Shown piece by piece: positions 31,276 to 39,780 of a DNA stretch of 64,000 nt (position 1 is the first letter of the stretch; each line of letters begins with the position of its first letter). The DNA is from an uncultured Luteolibacter sp. (GTDB taxonomy: Bacteria > Verrucomicrobiota > Verrucomicrobiia > Verrucomicrobiales > Akkermansiaceae). The position numbers and the translations under genes were made by a program. The stretch spans positions 26,984 to 90,983 of the forward strand of contig CAYWLC010000001.1 in NCBI GenBank assembly GCA_964458895.1, read 5' to 3'. The notes beneath the pieces are model-generated. The model worked only from the letters and a program-made list of their open reading frames with translations. It did not search any database and was not told where the DNA came from.

Positions 31276-32571
31276 ATGATTAAAGAATCTATTAAAGATT
31301 TAATTAACGCAATTGCTGAAGGCGATTCAATTGCTATTGAAGATAGTTTTAACTATGTGATGGCTAGTAAAATATCTGACCATTTAGATAATATGAGGGT
31401 ATCTGTTGCACAAGGTATGTTTGGTTCAGTTGTAGAAGAAGGTTATGATTCGCGTGATGCATATGACTTGCATGATCCAAAGCATCCTGATTTTGTTAAA
31501 AACCATACAAAATGGAAAAAAGCTAATCCAGAAGGAAAGCTTGGTGACTTCATAGCTCATATGAAAACTAAAAGATTCAATGTTACAGAAAGTGCTGGTG
31601 CATATGAAACTTGGGATCCTAAGCATCCTAAATTCAAAGAAAAATTAATAAAGCATCATGCTCAAGGTGGAACTACTAAAAGTTTTATCGAAAAAGAAAA
31701 AGCAAAAGCATGGAAACAATTAACTAGAGAATCAGTTGAAGAATTCACTCTTGAAGATTATTCAGTTGAAGAACTTGAAGACTTTATGATGTCTGAAGAC
31801 TTTGAACAACTGGACGAAGTATCTAAGAAAACTCTTGGTTCTTATGTAACTAAAGCCCATGACCAATTGATGAAACATACTGCAGCCGTTAATTTCAAAT
31901 CAGGTCGTGGGGATAAAGATGTATTATCATATACACACGAACCAACAACAGCAAGAAAAACTGCAAACCGAACTAAAGGTGTTGCTACAGCAATTGGCAA
32001 ATTAACCAAAGAAGAACTTGAAGAGTTAGAAGAATCATTTTTATCAAATACTTCTTCTACACACCCAACATTAGCAGGTAAATTAAATAAACTTAGATCA
32101 ATACATAAAACATTGACTACTGCTGGATACAGTACTAATAATAAAGATCATTTATCGCAAGATAGCAATCATATGGGTAATCCAAATTCAAATACCGTAA
32201 CCTATAAAAAATCTGGAACAGCTGATGTTACAATTAATCATGGCGGTTCAGCAAATCCAAAAACTTTATATTCTGTTAAATCCTCTAAGGGTGCAGGAAA
32301 AAAAGTAAATTTGCCAGAAGAATTTACTCTTGAAGATTACTCTTTAGAAGAACTTGAAGATTTTATGGTGTCTGAAGACTTTGAGCAACTAGATGAATTG
32401 TCAAAAGCAACTCTAGGTTCTTATGTTAAGAAAGCAGCAGTTGATGCTGCAGTTCATACTGATAAATTTGGTCGTGGTGGAGCTGGTGTGACATATTCAA
32501 ACACTGCTGGAGTTGCAGACAGAAGATTGAAAGGTGTTTCAAAAGCAGTCGACAAAATGACTAAAGACTAA
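31276..32571 (+). CDS. Prohead core protein (gp67-like N-terminus) extended with repeated modules
   Basis: Follows the portal gene; LI.AI..GD...F N-terminus; duplicated acidic blocks. Confidence 0.6.
   Translation: MIKESIKDLINAIAEGDSIAIEDSFNYVMASKISDHLDNMRVSVAQGMFGSVVEEGYDSRDAYDLHDPKHPDFVKNHTKWKKANPEGKLGDFIAHMKTKRFNVTESAGAYETWDPKHPKFKEKLIKHHAQGGTTKSFIEKEKAKAWKQLTRESVEEFTLEDYSVEELEDFMMSEDFEQLDEVSKKTLGSYVTKAHDQLMKHTAAVNFKSGRGDKDVLSYTHEPTTARKTANRTKGVATAIGKLTKEELEELEESFLSNTSSTHPTLAGKLNKLRSIHKTLTTAGYSTNNKDHLSQDSNHMGNPNSNTVTYKKSGTADVTINHGGSANPKTLYSVKSSKGAGKKVNLPEEFTLEDYSLEELEDFMVSEDFEQLDELSKATLGSYVKKAAVDAAVHTDKFGRGGAGVTYSNTAGVADRRLKGVSKAVDKMTKD
31738..32435 (+). repeat. Two about 120-bp imperfect direct repeats (31738-31856 and 32317-32435)
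   Basis: Both encode EEFTLEDYSxEELEDFMxSEDFEQLDExSKxTLGSYVxKA. Confidence 0.9.
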
Positions 32572-33128
32572 TGTATTATTCACAGTTTTCTAAAAAGTTA
32601 AAAGAAACGGTATCAGGTATGGGTATACAGGAGTGCACCCATTACTTTGGTAATACTATTCAGATAACTAATGATAATACTATACTAATTAATAATGAAG
32701 TAACTCAGTTTAGAAATTTGTCGGAAGCAAAAAATCATATTAAATATTCAGAACAAGCAAAAGATATTATCAATAATTTATATGAAGAATTCTTTTCTGA
32801 AAATATATTAAAAATTGCAGACGTAATTAAAGAAGAACACAATATTAAAGTCACAAATAAAATAGTCGAACAATATATTAAAATAGCTTCCGACAAATCC
32901 TTTTCAATTGATCCAGTTGTTTCTAATATTCGTGAAATGAATGAATTTGATTCTATTATTAATGGTAAAATACATTACATTCTAGAAGATGAATCAGTTA
33001 TTGCAATAGATATTCAAACCCAACAAGATATAAATAACTTACTAGAAAATAAAGTAGAGGTTGTCGAGTTCATGAAAGAAAGTTCGGATAACTTCCTAAA
33101 AATACTCGATGTAATCATTAAGGAATAA
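32571..33128 (+). CDS. Putative prohead core protein (gp68-like position)
   Basis: Synteny between portal and protease; C-terminal ES..NFLKI. Confidence 0.45.
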   Translation: MYYSQFSKKLKETVSGMGIQECTHYFGNTIQITNDNTILINNEVTQFRNLSEAKNHIKYSEQAKDIINNLYEEFFSENILKIADVIKEEHNIKVTNKIVEQYIKIASDKSFSIDPVVSNIREMNEFDSIINGKIHYILEDESVIAIDIQTQQDINNLLENKVEVVEFMKESSDNFLKILDVIIKE

Positions 33129-33130
33129 AG

Positions 33131-33805
33131 ATGGCAGCATTAACAAAAACCATTATTAAAGCATCAGAAACTGAGGCAATTATTAAAATTGCAGGTTCAG
33201 ATACTGCTGCATCTATAATAAATTTAACTACAGATTTGTTACCTTATGCCAATATTATTGTTGGCGCAGGAACTGTAACAATAGGCACAGGTGCTACATC
33301 AATTGTTGGTGTAGGAACAAGTTTTGATACTAATGTTCATGTCAATGCTAAAGTATATACTAGTGCAGGTGTTTATGTAGGTCTTATCACCTCAGTTACT
33401 AATGCAACTAATGCTGTATTATCTGCAAATGGTGCTGCAGTTATAGCAGGTACTACTTATAAAATTCAATATGCTACACAAGTTATAATAGGTACTCCAT
33501 CTGTTTCTATTACTGCGCTTCAATGGGCAGGTGAACCAGGAGCTATATATAAAGTAGATAGAAATGGTGTTCGCATTGTTACTCCTCTTGCAGATAATGG
33601 TAACCTTATTGATATGATGGGTACATATTTCCCACCTGATAATGTTAATGCAACATATTCTATCAGTGTTACTATTGTAGATAAACTTGCTGCTGCAGTC
33701 CAAGGCGAAATTTGGATTAAAGTTAGAAAGAATTCAGGTTATTATGGTAAAATAGAGACCACTCAGTTTGGTGCTCTTGATAACGAATTAGTATACGGAA
33801 GTTAA
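33131..33805 (+). CDS. Hypothetical head-region protein
   Basis: AAGGA RBS; directly upstream of gp21. Confidence 0.55.
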   Translation: MAALTKTIIKASETEAIIKIAGSDTAASIINLTTDLLPYANIIVGAGTVTIGTGATSIVGVGTSFDTNVHVNAKVYTSAGVYVGLITSVTNATNAVLSANGAAVIAGTTYKIQYATQVIIGTPSVSITALQWAGEPGAIYKVDRNGVRIVTPLADNGNLIDMMGTYFPPDNVNATYSISVTIVDKLAAAVQGEIWIKVRKNSGYYGKIETTQFGALDNELVYGS

Positions 33806-33806
33806 T

Positions 33807-34457
33807 ATGAAACTAATTAGGGAAGTTAACGAAACATTAAATATGGTTGTAGAGGAAAAACTCGGTAAAGGTAAACAACTTTATGTAGAGGGTGTATTTC
33901 TTCAATCAAATATTAAGAATCGTAATGGAAGAATGTATCCAGAATCAATTATGGATAATGAAGTTCAACGATATATTAAAGAAAAAGTAGAAAAGAATTC
34001 TGCCTTTGGTGAATTAGGACATCCTGAATCACCTTCAATTAATCTTGATAGAATTTCACATCTAATTACTAACTTAAGAAAAGAAGGTAATAATTGGATA
34101 GGAAAGGCTAAAATTCTTGATACTCCTATGGGTAGAATTGCTGAAGGTATTCTTAAAGGTGGCGGAAGAATTGGTACGTCAAGTCGTGCTTTAGGTTCAT
34201 TAAAAATGAACAATGAAGGTATTAATGTAGTACAAAATGATTTTATGTTAAGTACTGCCGGCGATTTAGTAAGTGATCCATCTGCACCTGATGCCTGGGT
34301 TCAAGGAATCATGGAAGGTGCATCTTGGGTTTATGTTGATGGAAAGTTTGAGAAACATGTTGATGAAGCTAGAAAAACAATAACAAAAGCAACGTCAATG
34401 AATTTAGAAGAGCAAAAAATACTTGCCTTTCAACACTTTTTACGTAGCATTAAGTAA
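33807..34457 (+). CDS. gp21: Prohead protease gp21
   Basis: NRNGRMY, GELGHP, SSRALGS, DLVSDPSAPDA. Confidence 0.96.
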   Translation: MKLIREVNETLNMVVEEKLGKGKQLYVEGVFLQSNIKNRNGRMYPESIMDNEVQRYIKEKVEKNSAFGELGHPESPSINLDRISHLITNLRKEGNNWIGKAKILDTPMGRIAEGILKGGGRIGTSSRALGSLKMNNEGINVVQNDFMLSTAGDLVSDPSAPDAWVQGIMEGASWVYVDGKFEKHVDEARKTITKATSMNLEEQKILAFQHFLRSIK

Positions 34458-34469
34458 AAGTTTAATTTT

Positions 34470-34477
34470 TATAAATA
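34470..34477 (+). promoter_or_regulatory. T4-type late promoter for gp22/gp23
   Basis: TATAAATA. Confidence 0.8.
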
Positions 34478-34507
34478 ATAAGATATATCAAAATTAGGAG
34501 ATATAAA

Positions 34508-35605
34508 ATGTCTATTGATAGTAAAATCGCTGAGATTATGGAAGAATCCAAATTGGCAGGATTAGTTTTAGAAAACGAAGAAATTGTTGAAGAAGAATTA
34601 GATGAAGATTTCATCACTGAAGAAGAATATGATTCTTTAGATGAAGAAGAACAAGCATTGTTTGAATTATCTGCTGACATAAAACAAAGAGCTTATGTTA
34701 AACGATATAATAAAAGTGATGATGAATCAGATAATGACAAAGCACAAAAAACTTTATCACATATTAAAAAAAGAGAAGGACAGAAAGCAGCATTTAAAGC
34801 AGCTATGGATGCTGATGCACCGCCAGATCAACATAGAAAACAAATGAAAAGAGATTTTCTTTCAAAAGAATCAATTGACGTTTCTACCGATGTAGATGCA
34901 TTAATGTTTGGTGAATCTTTATCTGAAGAATTTAGAGAAAAAGCAGCTACTATTTTCGAGTCTGCTGTAGTTGTACGTGTTAAAGAAGAAGTTGCACGTT
35001 TAGAAGAAGAATTTGAAGAAAAACTTGCTGAGCAAGTAGATTCAATTACTGAGGGTCTGGTTGAAAAAATTGATGGTTACCTCGACTATGTTGTTGAGCA
35101 GTGGATAGAACAGAATGAAATAGCCCTTGAAAATGGACTTAAGTCTGATATCATGGAATCCTTTATTACTGGTATGAAAGGTCTTTTTGAAGAACATTAT
35201 ATTGATGTTCCTGAAGAAAAGTACGACGTTATCGGTGAAATGGAAACTAGGATTGATGTACTAGAGTCTAAGTTAAACGAACAAGTTGAAAGAAATATTG
35301 ATTTGAAAAAATCACTTTCTGAATCAACTCGTAAAGAAATCGTAAATATGGTTAGCGAAGGTTTGACTGATACAGAAACTGAAAAATTTGTAGCATTAGT
35401 AGAAGAATTATCTTATGATGCTGAAGATACATTTAAAGTAAAAGTACAAACAATTCGTGAAAACTATTTCACAGGCAAACAAAGCGCTTTGGTAGAATCT
35501 TTTGTTACTGATTCTCCAGTAGAAGAAATCAAAGAAAACAAATATGTAAACGTTGATCCTACTGTTGCTGCGTATGCTAAAGCATTACAACAATATAACC
35601 AATAA
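34508..35605 (+). CDS. gp22: Prohead scaffold protein gp22
   Basis: LSEEFREKAATIFESAV, YLDYVVEQW..N. Confidence 0.92.
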   Translation: MSIDSKIAEIMEESKLAGLVLENEEIVEEELDEDFITEEEYDSLDEEEQALFELSADIKQRAYVKRYNKSDDESDNDKAQKTLSHIKKREGQKAAFKAAMDADAPPDQHRKQMKRDFLSKESIDVSTDVDALMFGESLSEEFREKAATIFESAVVVRVKEEVARLEEEFEEKLAEQVDSITEGLVEKIDGYLDYVVEQWIEQNEIALENGLKSDIMESFITGMKGLFEEHYIDVPEEKYDVIGEMETRIDVLESKLNEQVERNIDLKKSLSESTRKEIVNMVSEGLTDTETEKFVALVEELSYDAEDTFKVKVQTIRENYFTGKQSALVESFVTDSPVEEIKENKYVNVDPTVAAYAKALQQYNQ

Positions 35606-35631
35606 TTTTAATAAAAATAAGGAAACTTAAG

Positions 35632-37035
35632 ATGGAATTAAATCGTTCTGCCCTTTTAGAAAAATGGGCTCCTGTAATTGACGCTGATGGCGCTCCTGCT
35701 ATTAAAGACTTTACTCGTCGTGGTGACTTAGCTGTTATCCTAGAAAACCAACAACGTGAAATGAATGCTGCTAGCCAAGCTAACGGTATGCTTTTCGAAG
35801 CTGGTACAGGCGGTGTTTCTACTAACATTGGTGGTGGTGGCAACTATGGTGTCAATACTACTGGTACTGGTACATACAATGCTGGCGCTGCTGGTACTGG
35901 TGGTGTAGCTGGTTTTGATCCTGTGTTGATTAACTTAGTACGTCGTGCTATGCCTCAGTTGATTGCATATGATGTTGCTGGTGTTCAACCAATGACTCAA
36001 CCAACTGGTTTGATTTTTGCAATGAAATCTCGTTACACTAGTCCAAGTGGAACAGAAGCATTGTTTAACGAAGCAAACACTAGCTTTACTGGTACTTCAG
36101 GCGCTACTGGTACTGATCCTACCGGCGCTACTGGTTTATCAACTGGTTCATACCAAACTGGTTTAGGTTTGTCTACTGCTAATGCTGAAATTTTAGGTTC
36201 TACTTCAGGTGAAGCATTTCCTGAAATGGCATTCTCAATTGAAAAAACTTCAGTTGTTGCTAAAACTCGTGCATTGAAAGCTGAATACTCTATCGAATTA
36301 GCACAAGACTTGAAATCAGTTCATGGTCTTGACGCTGAAGGCGAATTAAGCAAAATTCTTTCTACTGAAATTCTTGCTGAAATTAACCGTGAAGTTATTC
36401 GTACTATCTACACTGTTGCTAAACAAGGTGCTGCTGTTGGTACTGCTACTGCTGGTATTTTTGATCTTGACGTTGACTCTAATGGTCGTTGGTCAGTTGA
36501 AAAATTCAAAGGTTTGTTGTTCCAAATCGAAAGAGAAGCTAACGCTATCGCTCAACAAACACGTCGTGGACGTGGTAACTTCATCATCTGTTCTTCAGAT
36601 GTTGCTTCTGCTTTAGCAATGGCTGGTGTATTAGATTATGCTCCTGCTCTTTCTACTGGTTTGAATGTTGATGAAGCATCTACTACTTTTGCTGGTATCT
36701 TAAACGGCAAATATAAAGTTTATGTTGATCCTTACACTGGTGGTAACAACCCATCTGCTGCAGGTCTACAATTCTTTACTGTAGGTTATAAAGGTACTTC
36801 TGCGTTTGACGCTGGTTTGTTCTATTGCCCATATGTTCCATTGCAAATGGTTCGTGCGGTTGATCCACAAACTTTCCAACCTAAAATTGGCTTCAAAACT
36901 CGTTACGGTATGGTTGCTAACCCAATGGTTGATATTGATGACGCTTCAATGTCTGCTACTTCAAATGCTGACAACTCAATGACAGCGCGTAAAAATTACT
37001 ATTATAGAATTTGTAAAGTTACAAATCTTATGTAA
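35632..37035 (+). CDS. gp23: Major capsid protein gp23
   Basis: GVQPMTQPTGLIFA, RALKAEYSIELAQDLK, FQPKIGFKTRYG. Confidence 0.98.
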   Translation: MELNRSALLEKWAPVIDADGAPAIKDFTRRGDLAVILENQQREMNAASQANGMLFEAGTGGVSTNIGGGGNYGVNTTGTGTYNAGAAGTGGVAGFDPVLINLVRRAMPQLIAYDVAGVQPMTQPTGLIFAMKSRYTSPSGTEALFNEANTSFTGTSGATGTDPTGATGLSTGSYQTGLGLSTANAEILGSTSGEAFPEMAFSIEKTSVVAKTRALKAEYSIELAQDLKSVHGLDAEGELSKILSTEILAEINREVIRTIYTVAKQGAAVGTATAGIFDLDVDSNGRWSVEKFKGLLFQIEREANAIAQQTRRGRGNFIICSSDVASALAMAGVLDYAPALSTGLNVDEASTTFAGILNGKYKVYVDPYTGGNNPSAAGLQFFTVGYKGTSAFDAGLFYCPYVPLQMVRAVDPQTFQPKIGFKTRYGMVANPMVDIDDASMSATSNADNSMTARKNYYYRICKVTNLM

Positions 37036-37074
37036 TTGATTTTAAAGGACTTTTTAAGTTCTTGTGAAATAATT

Positions 37075-37102
37075 AGAAGGGTCTTTTGACCCTTCTTTTT
37101 TA
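37075..37102 (+). terminator. Intrinsic terminator after gp23
   Basis: AGAAGGGTC-tttt-GACCCTTCT followed by a T-run. Confidence 0.85.
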
Positions 37103-37135
37103 TTTTGATAGATTAATGGCTTTAATAAATCATTA

Positions 37136-37218
37136 ATAAATAAGTTGTAGATCACGGATCCCTCAATCCTATCTACTCTAAACATTCTAACAACTATTAA
37201 GGAACAGTTATGTCCAGC
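37136..37218 (+). promoter_or_regulatory. Conserved structured leader of homing endonuclease, copy 1
   Basis: Near-identical to 39013-39096; stems GTAGAT/ATCTAC and GGAT/ATCC. Confidence 0.75.
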
Positions 37219-37998
37219 ACAAATATATATTCAATATATCTTATAACAAATTTAATCAATAATAAGAAATATATTGGTTATACATCAAATAAATTAGGTC
37301 ATAGATTTAATGACCATTGTAAAATTACCAAACCAAAATATCAAGAAAGATCTCCTATATCTTTTGCTATTGAAAAATATGGCAAACACAATTTTTATTG
37401 TAATGTTATTTTGCAATCTAATGATTATGAATATTGCAGATTAATAGAAACTGATTTTATTATTCAATATGATTCATTGACTTCTACTCAAGGAGGTCAA
37501 GGTTATAATATAGATAAGGGCGGAAGAGGCCATAAAAGATCCCCTGAAACTATTGAAAAACATAGACAAAAAATGAAAGGTAGACCTCAATCAGAAGAAC
37601 ATAGAGCAAAAATATCTGTTGCTAATAAAGGTAATACTAACGGTAGTAATAACAAAGGTAAAATTAGAACTAAAGAACAGAATAATGCCAATAGCGTACA
37701 ACGAAAAAAAGAATATCAGAATGGGAGAATTTCTCCACTTAAAGGTAAAAAATTTAAAGATGATTATCCTCATGCTTTAGAAAAGATGAAACAAACTAAA
37801 TTACAAAATAGAATATTTACTAATAAGTATAAAAATTTGGTTGTTCAGTTTAAAAATAATAATCCAATTAATTTAGACATAAATTATACAGATTGGTTCC
37901 AAACCCATTCTTTAAATAACTTTATGAGCAAACAAACAAAAAATAATTCTATACCAATAAAAGGTTGGAAATTAATAAGTTTTGAATTGAATAAATAG
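37210..37998 (+). CDS. GIY-YIG homing endonuclease with NUMOD3-like repeats
   Basis: SIYLITN..KKYIGYT...RF..H, GYN, H.RS.ET..K and SEEHRAKIS. Confidence 0.88.
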   Translation: MSSTNIYSIYLITNLINNKKYIGYTSNKLGHRFNDHCKITKPKYQERSPISFAIEKYGKHNFYCNVILQSNDYEYCRLIETDFIIQYDSLTSTQGGQGYNIDKGGRGHKRSPETIEKHRQKMKGRPQSEEHRAKISVANKGNTNGSNNKGKIRTKEQNNANSVQRKKEYQNGRISPLKGKKFKDDYPHALEKMKQTKLQNRIFTNKYKNLVVQFKNNNPINLDINYTDWFQTHSLNNFMSKQTKNNSIPIKGWKLISFELNK

Positions 37999-38020
37999 TA
38001 AAACACTATCAGGTACTATA

Positions 38021-38551
38021 ATGGCAATAACAACTACATGTCCGTTTCCAACAAATATAAATCCACTATCTAGTAATGGGTTTAATTTTTCTATTTCAAA
38101 ATTACCGGAAGTATCATTCTTTTGTCAAGAAATTAATCTTCCAGGTATGTCTTTACCTACATTTGAAGTGAACACTCCTTTATCGGCTTTGCCATTTAGT
38201 GGGGAAATACTTTCATTTGAAGATCTAAATATACAGTTTATTATAGATCAAAATATGAGTAATTATATTGCTGTATATAATTGGATGATAGGACTTGGTT
38301 TTCCAGAAGATAATAATCAATTTACTGATTTTATTAATTTACAAGATACAGGGTATAGTAGAACAAGTAAAGAATATTCTGATGCTACTTTGCAAATATT
38401 AGGAAGTAATAATCTACCGGTAAAAACTGTAAAGTTTATAGATATTCTACCATTGAATTTAAGTTCAATGAATTTTCTATCTACAAATACAGATGTATCA
38501 TATTTAGTTGGGAATGTAACATTTAAAATAAGTAGATACGAATTTATATAA
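38021..38551 (+). CDS. gp3: Tail tube terminator / head-proximal tip gp3
   Basis: N.LS..GF.F...KLP.V.FF.Q..NLPG, NY..VYNWM, SDATL.IL. Confidence 0.85.
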   Translation: MAITTTCPFPTNINPLSSNGFNFSISKLPEVSFFCQEINLPGMSLPTFEVNTPLSALPFSGEILSFEDLNIQFIIDQNMSNYIAVYNWMIGLGFPEDNNQFTDFINLQDTGYSRTSKEYSDATLQILGSNNLPVKTVKFIDILPLNLSSMNFLSTNTDVSYLVGNVTFKISRYEFI

Positions 38552-38565
38552 TTTTTGAGGATATT

Positions 38566-39006
38566 ATGGCTACAATTGATGAACTTTTATCAGAATGGGA
38601 TGAAGACTCTACTATGGATGATAATCATATCTCGAATGAATCCATTCGAGTTCCAAAGTTGCATGCTAAGTATATAAGATATTTAATGCAGGCAAAACTT
38701 AAAGTTACAAAATATAATAATGATTATAATGTTCTAAAAAAGACTAAGTTTAGATACTATAGAGGCGAACTTTCAAGAGAAGAATTGTCTACCTTGCAAT
38801 GGGAACAATGGTTAGGTGTCAAACCTATGAAGAATGAGATGGATCAATTTCTTGATGGTGACACTGATCTTAACAATATGAAAGTTAAAATAGAATATTT
38901 ACAAACTATGAGTTACCTACTTGAATCTATCCTAGGTCAAATAAAAGCTAGAGATTGGCAATTAAAAACAGTTCTAGAACATAAAAAGTTTTTAGCTGGA
39001 AATTAA
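38566..39006 (+). CDS. uvsY: Recombination mediator UvsY
   Basis: W.EDS..D, P.LHAKY, YY.G, R.WQ.K..KF.AG. Confidence 0.9.
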   Translation: MATIDELLSEWDEDSTMDDNHISNESIRVPKLHAKYIRYLMQAKLKVTKYNNDYNVLKKTKFRYYRGELSREELSTLQWEQWLGVKPMKNEMDQFLDGDTDLNNMKVKIEYLQTMSYLLESILGQIKARDWQLKTVLEHKKFLAGN

Positions 39007-39011
39007 AAATA

Positions 39012-39096
39012 TATAAATAAGTATAGGTCACGGAACTGCAATTCCTACCTATTCTAAACATTCTAACAACTATTACAAGGAACAGTTATGTCCAGC
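39012..39096 (+). promoter_or_regulatory. Late promoter plus conserved structured leader of homing endonuclease, copy 2
   Basis: TATAAATA at 39012; stems ATAGGT/ACCTAT and GGAA/TTCC. Confidence 0.75.
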
Positions 39097-39780
39097 GAAA
39101 CTATATATCAAGAAATAATTCCAACATATCTCTATATAAAACAACATTCAATTACTGGTCTAAAATACTTTGGTAAAACAACCAATGATCCTTATACCTA
39201 TAATGGATCTGGAGTTTATTGGAATGATCATATTAAAAAGCATGGTAAAGAACATATAGTTACATTATGGGTGTCTAATCTATTTCATGATAAATCTATT
39301 GTTGATTATGCTTTACATTTCTCAGAAGAGAACAATATTGTAGAATCCAAAGAATGGGCAAACCAAAAACCAGAAAATGGTTTAGAAGGCGGGGCAACTA
39401 CTAATGGAAAAATATGGATTAATAATGGTGTAACTAATTTGTATATACATAAATATGATCTTATACCACTAGGTTATAAAAAAGGAAGATTGTGCAAATT
39501 TAATGACCCTAATTTTCAAAGGGAAATGTCTTCTAAGGTAGATAGGATTAAACAATCAAATGCTATGAAACAAAAATGGAATGAAGGAACGTTTATTAGA
39601 GATCATTCTAAATGTGGTAAAAAAGGTGCAGATAATGTCTCAAAAAGACCTGAAGTTAGAAATAAACTGTCTATAGTCGCTAAAAATAGACCCCTGATAA
39701 CGTGCCCGCATTGTACTAAAATAGGAATAACCTCTCCTGGAATGTTTAAACACCATTTTGATAATTGTAAAAATAAATGA
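39088..39780 (+). CDS. Putative Seg-like (divergent GIY-YIG) homing endonuclease
   Basis: YLYIKQH..TGLKYFGKT..Y.GSG..W..H.KKHG, WINNG, C-terminal CPHC..HFDNC. Confidence 0.75.
   Translation: MSSETIYQEIIPTYLYIKQHSITGLKYFGKTTNDPYTYNGSGVYWNDHIKKHGKEHIVTLWVSNLFHDKSIVDYALHFSEENNIVESKEWANQKPENGLEGGATTNGKIWINNGVTNLYIHKYDLIPLGYKKGRLCKFNDPNFQREMSSKVDRIKQSNAMKQKWNEGTFIRDHSKCGKKGADNVSKRPEVRNKLSIVAKNRPLITCPHCTKIGITSPGMFKHHFDNCKNK

Noticed and set aside
37036-39780. Group I introns or inteins associated with the endonucleases
   Set aside because: Flanking gp23, gp3, uvsY and uvsW are intact and of normal length, so the endonucleases are free-standing
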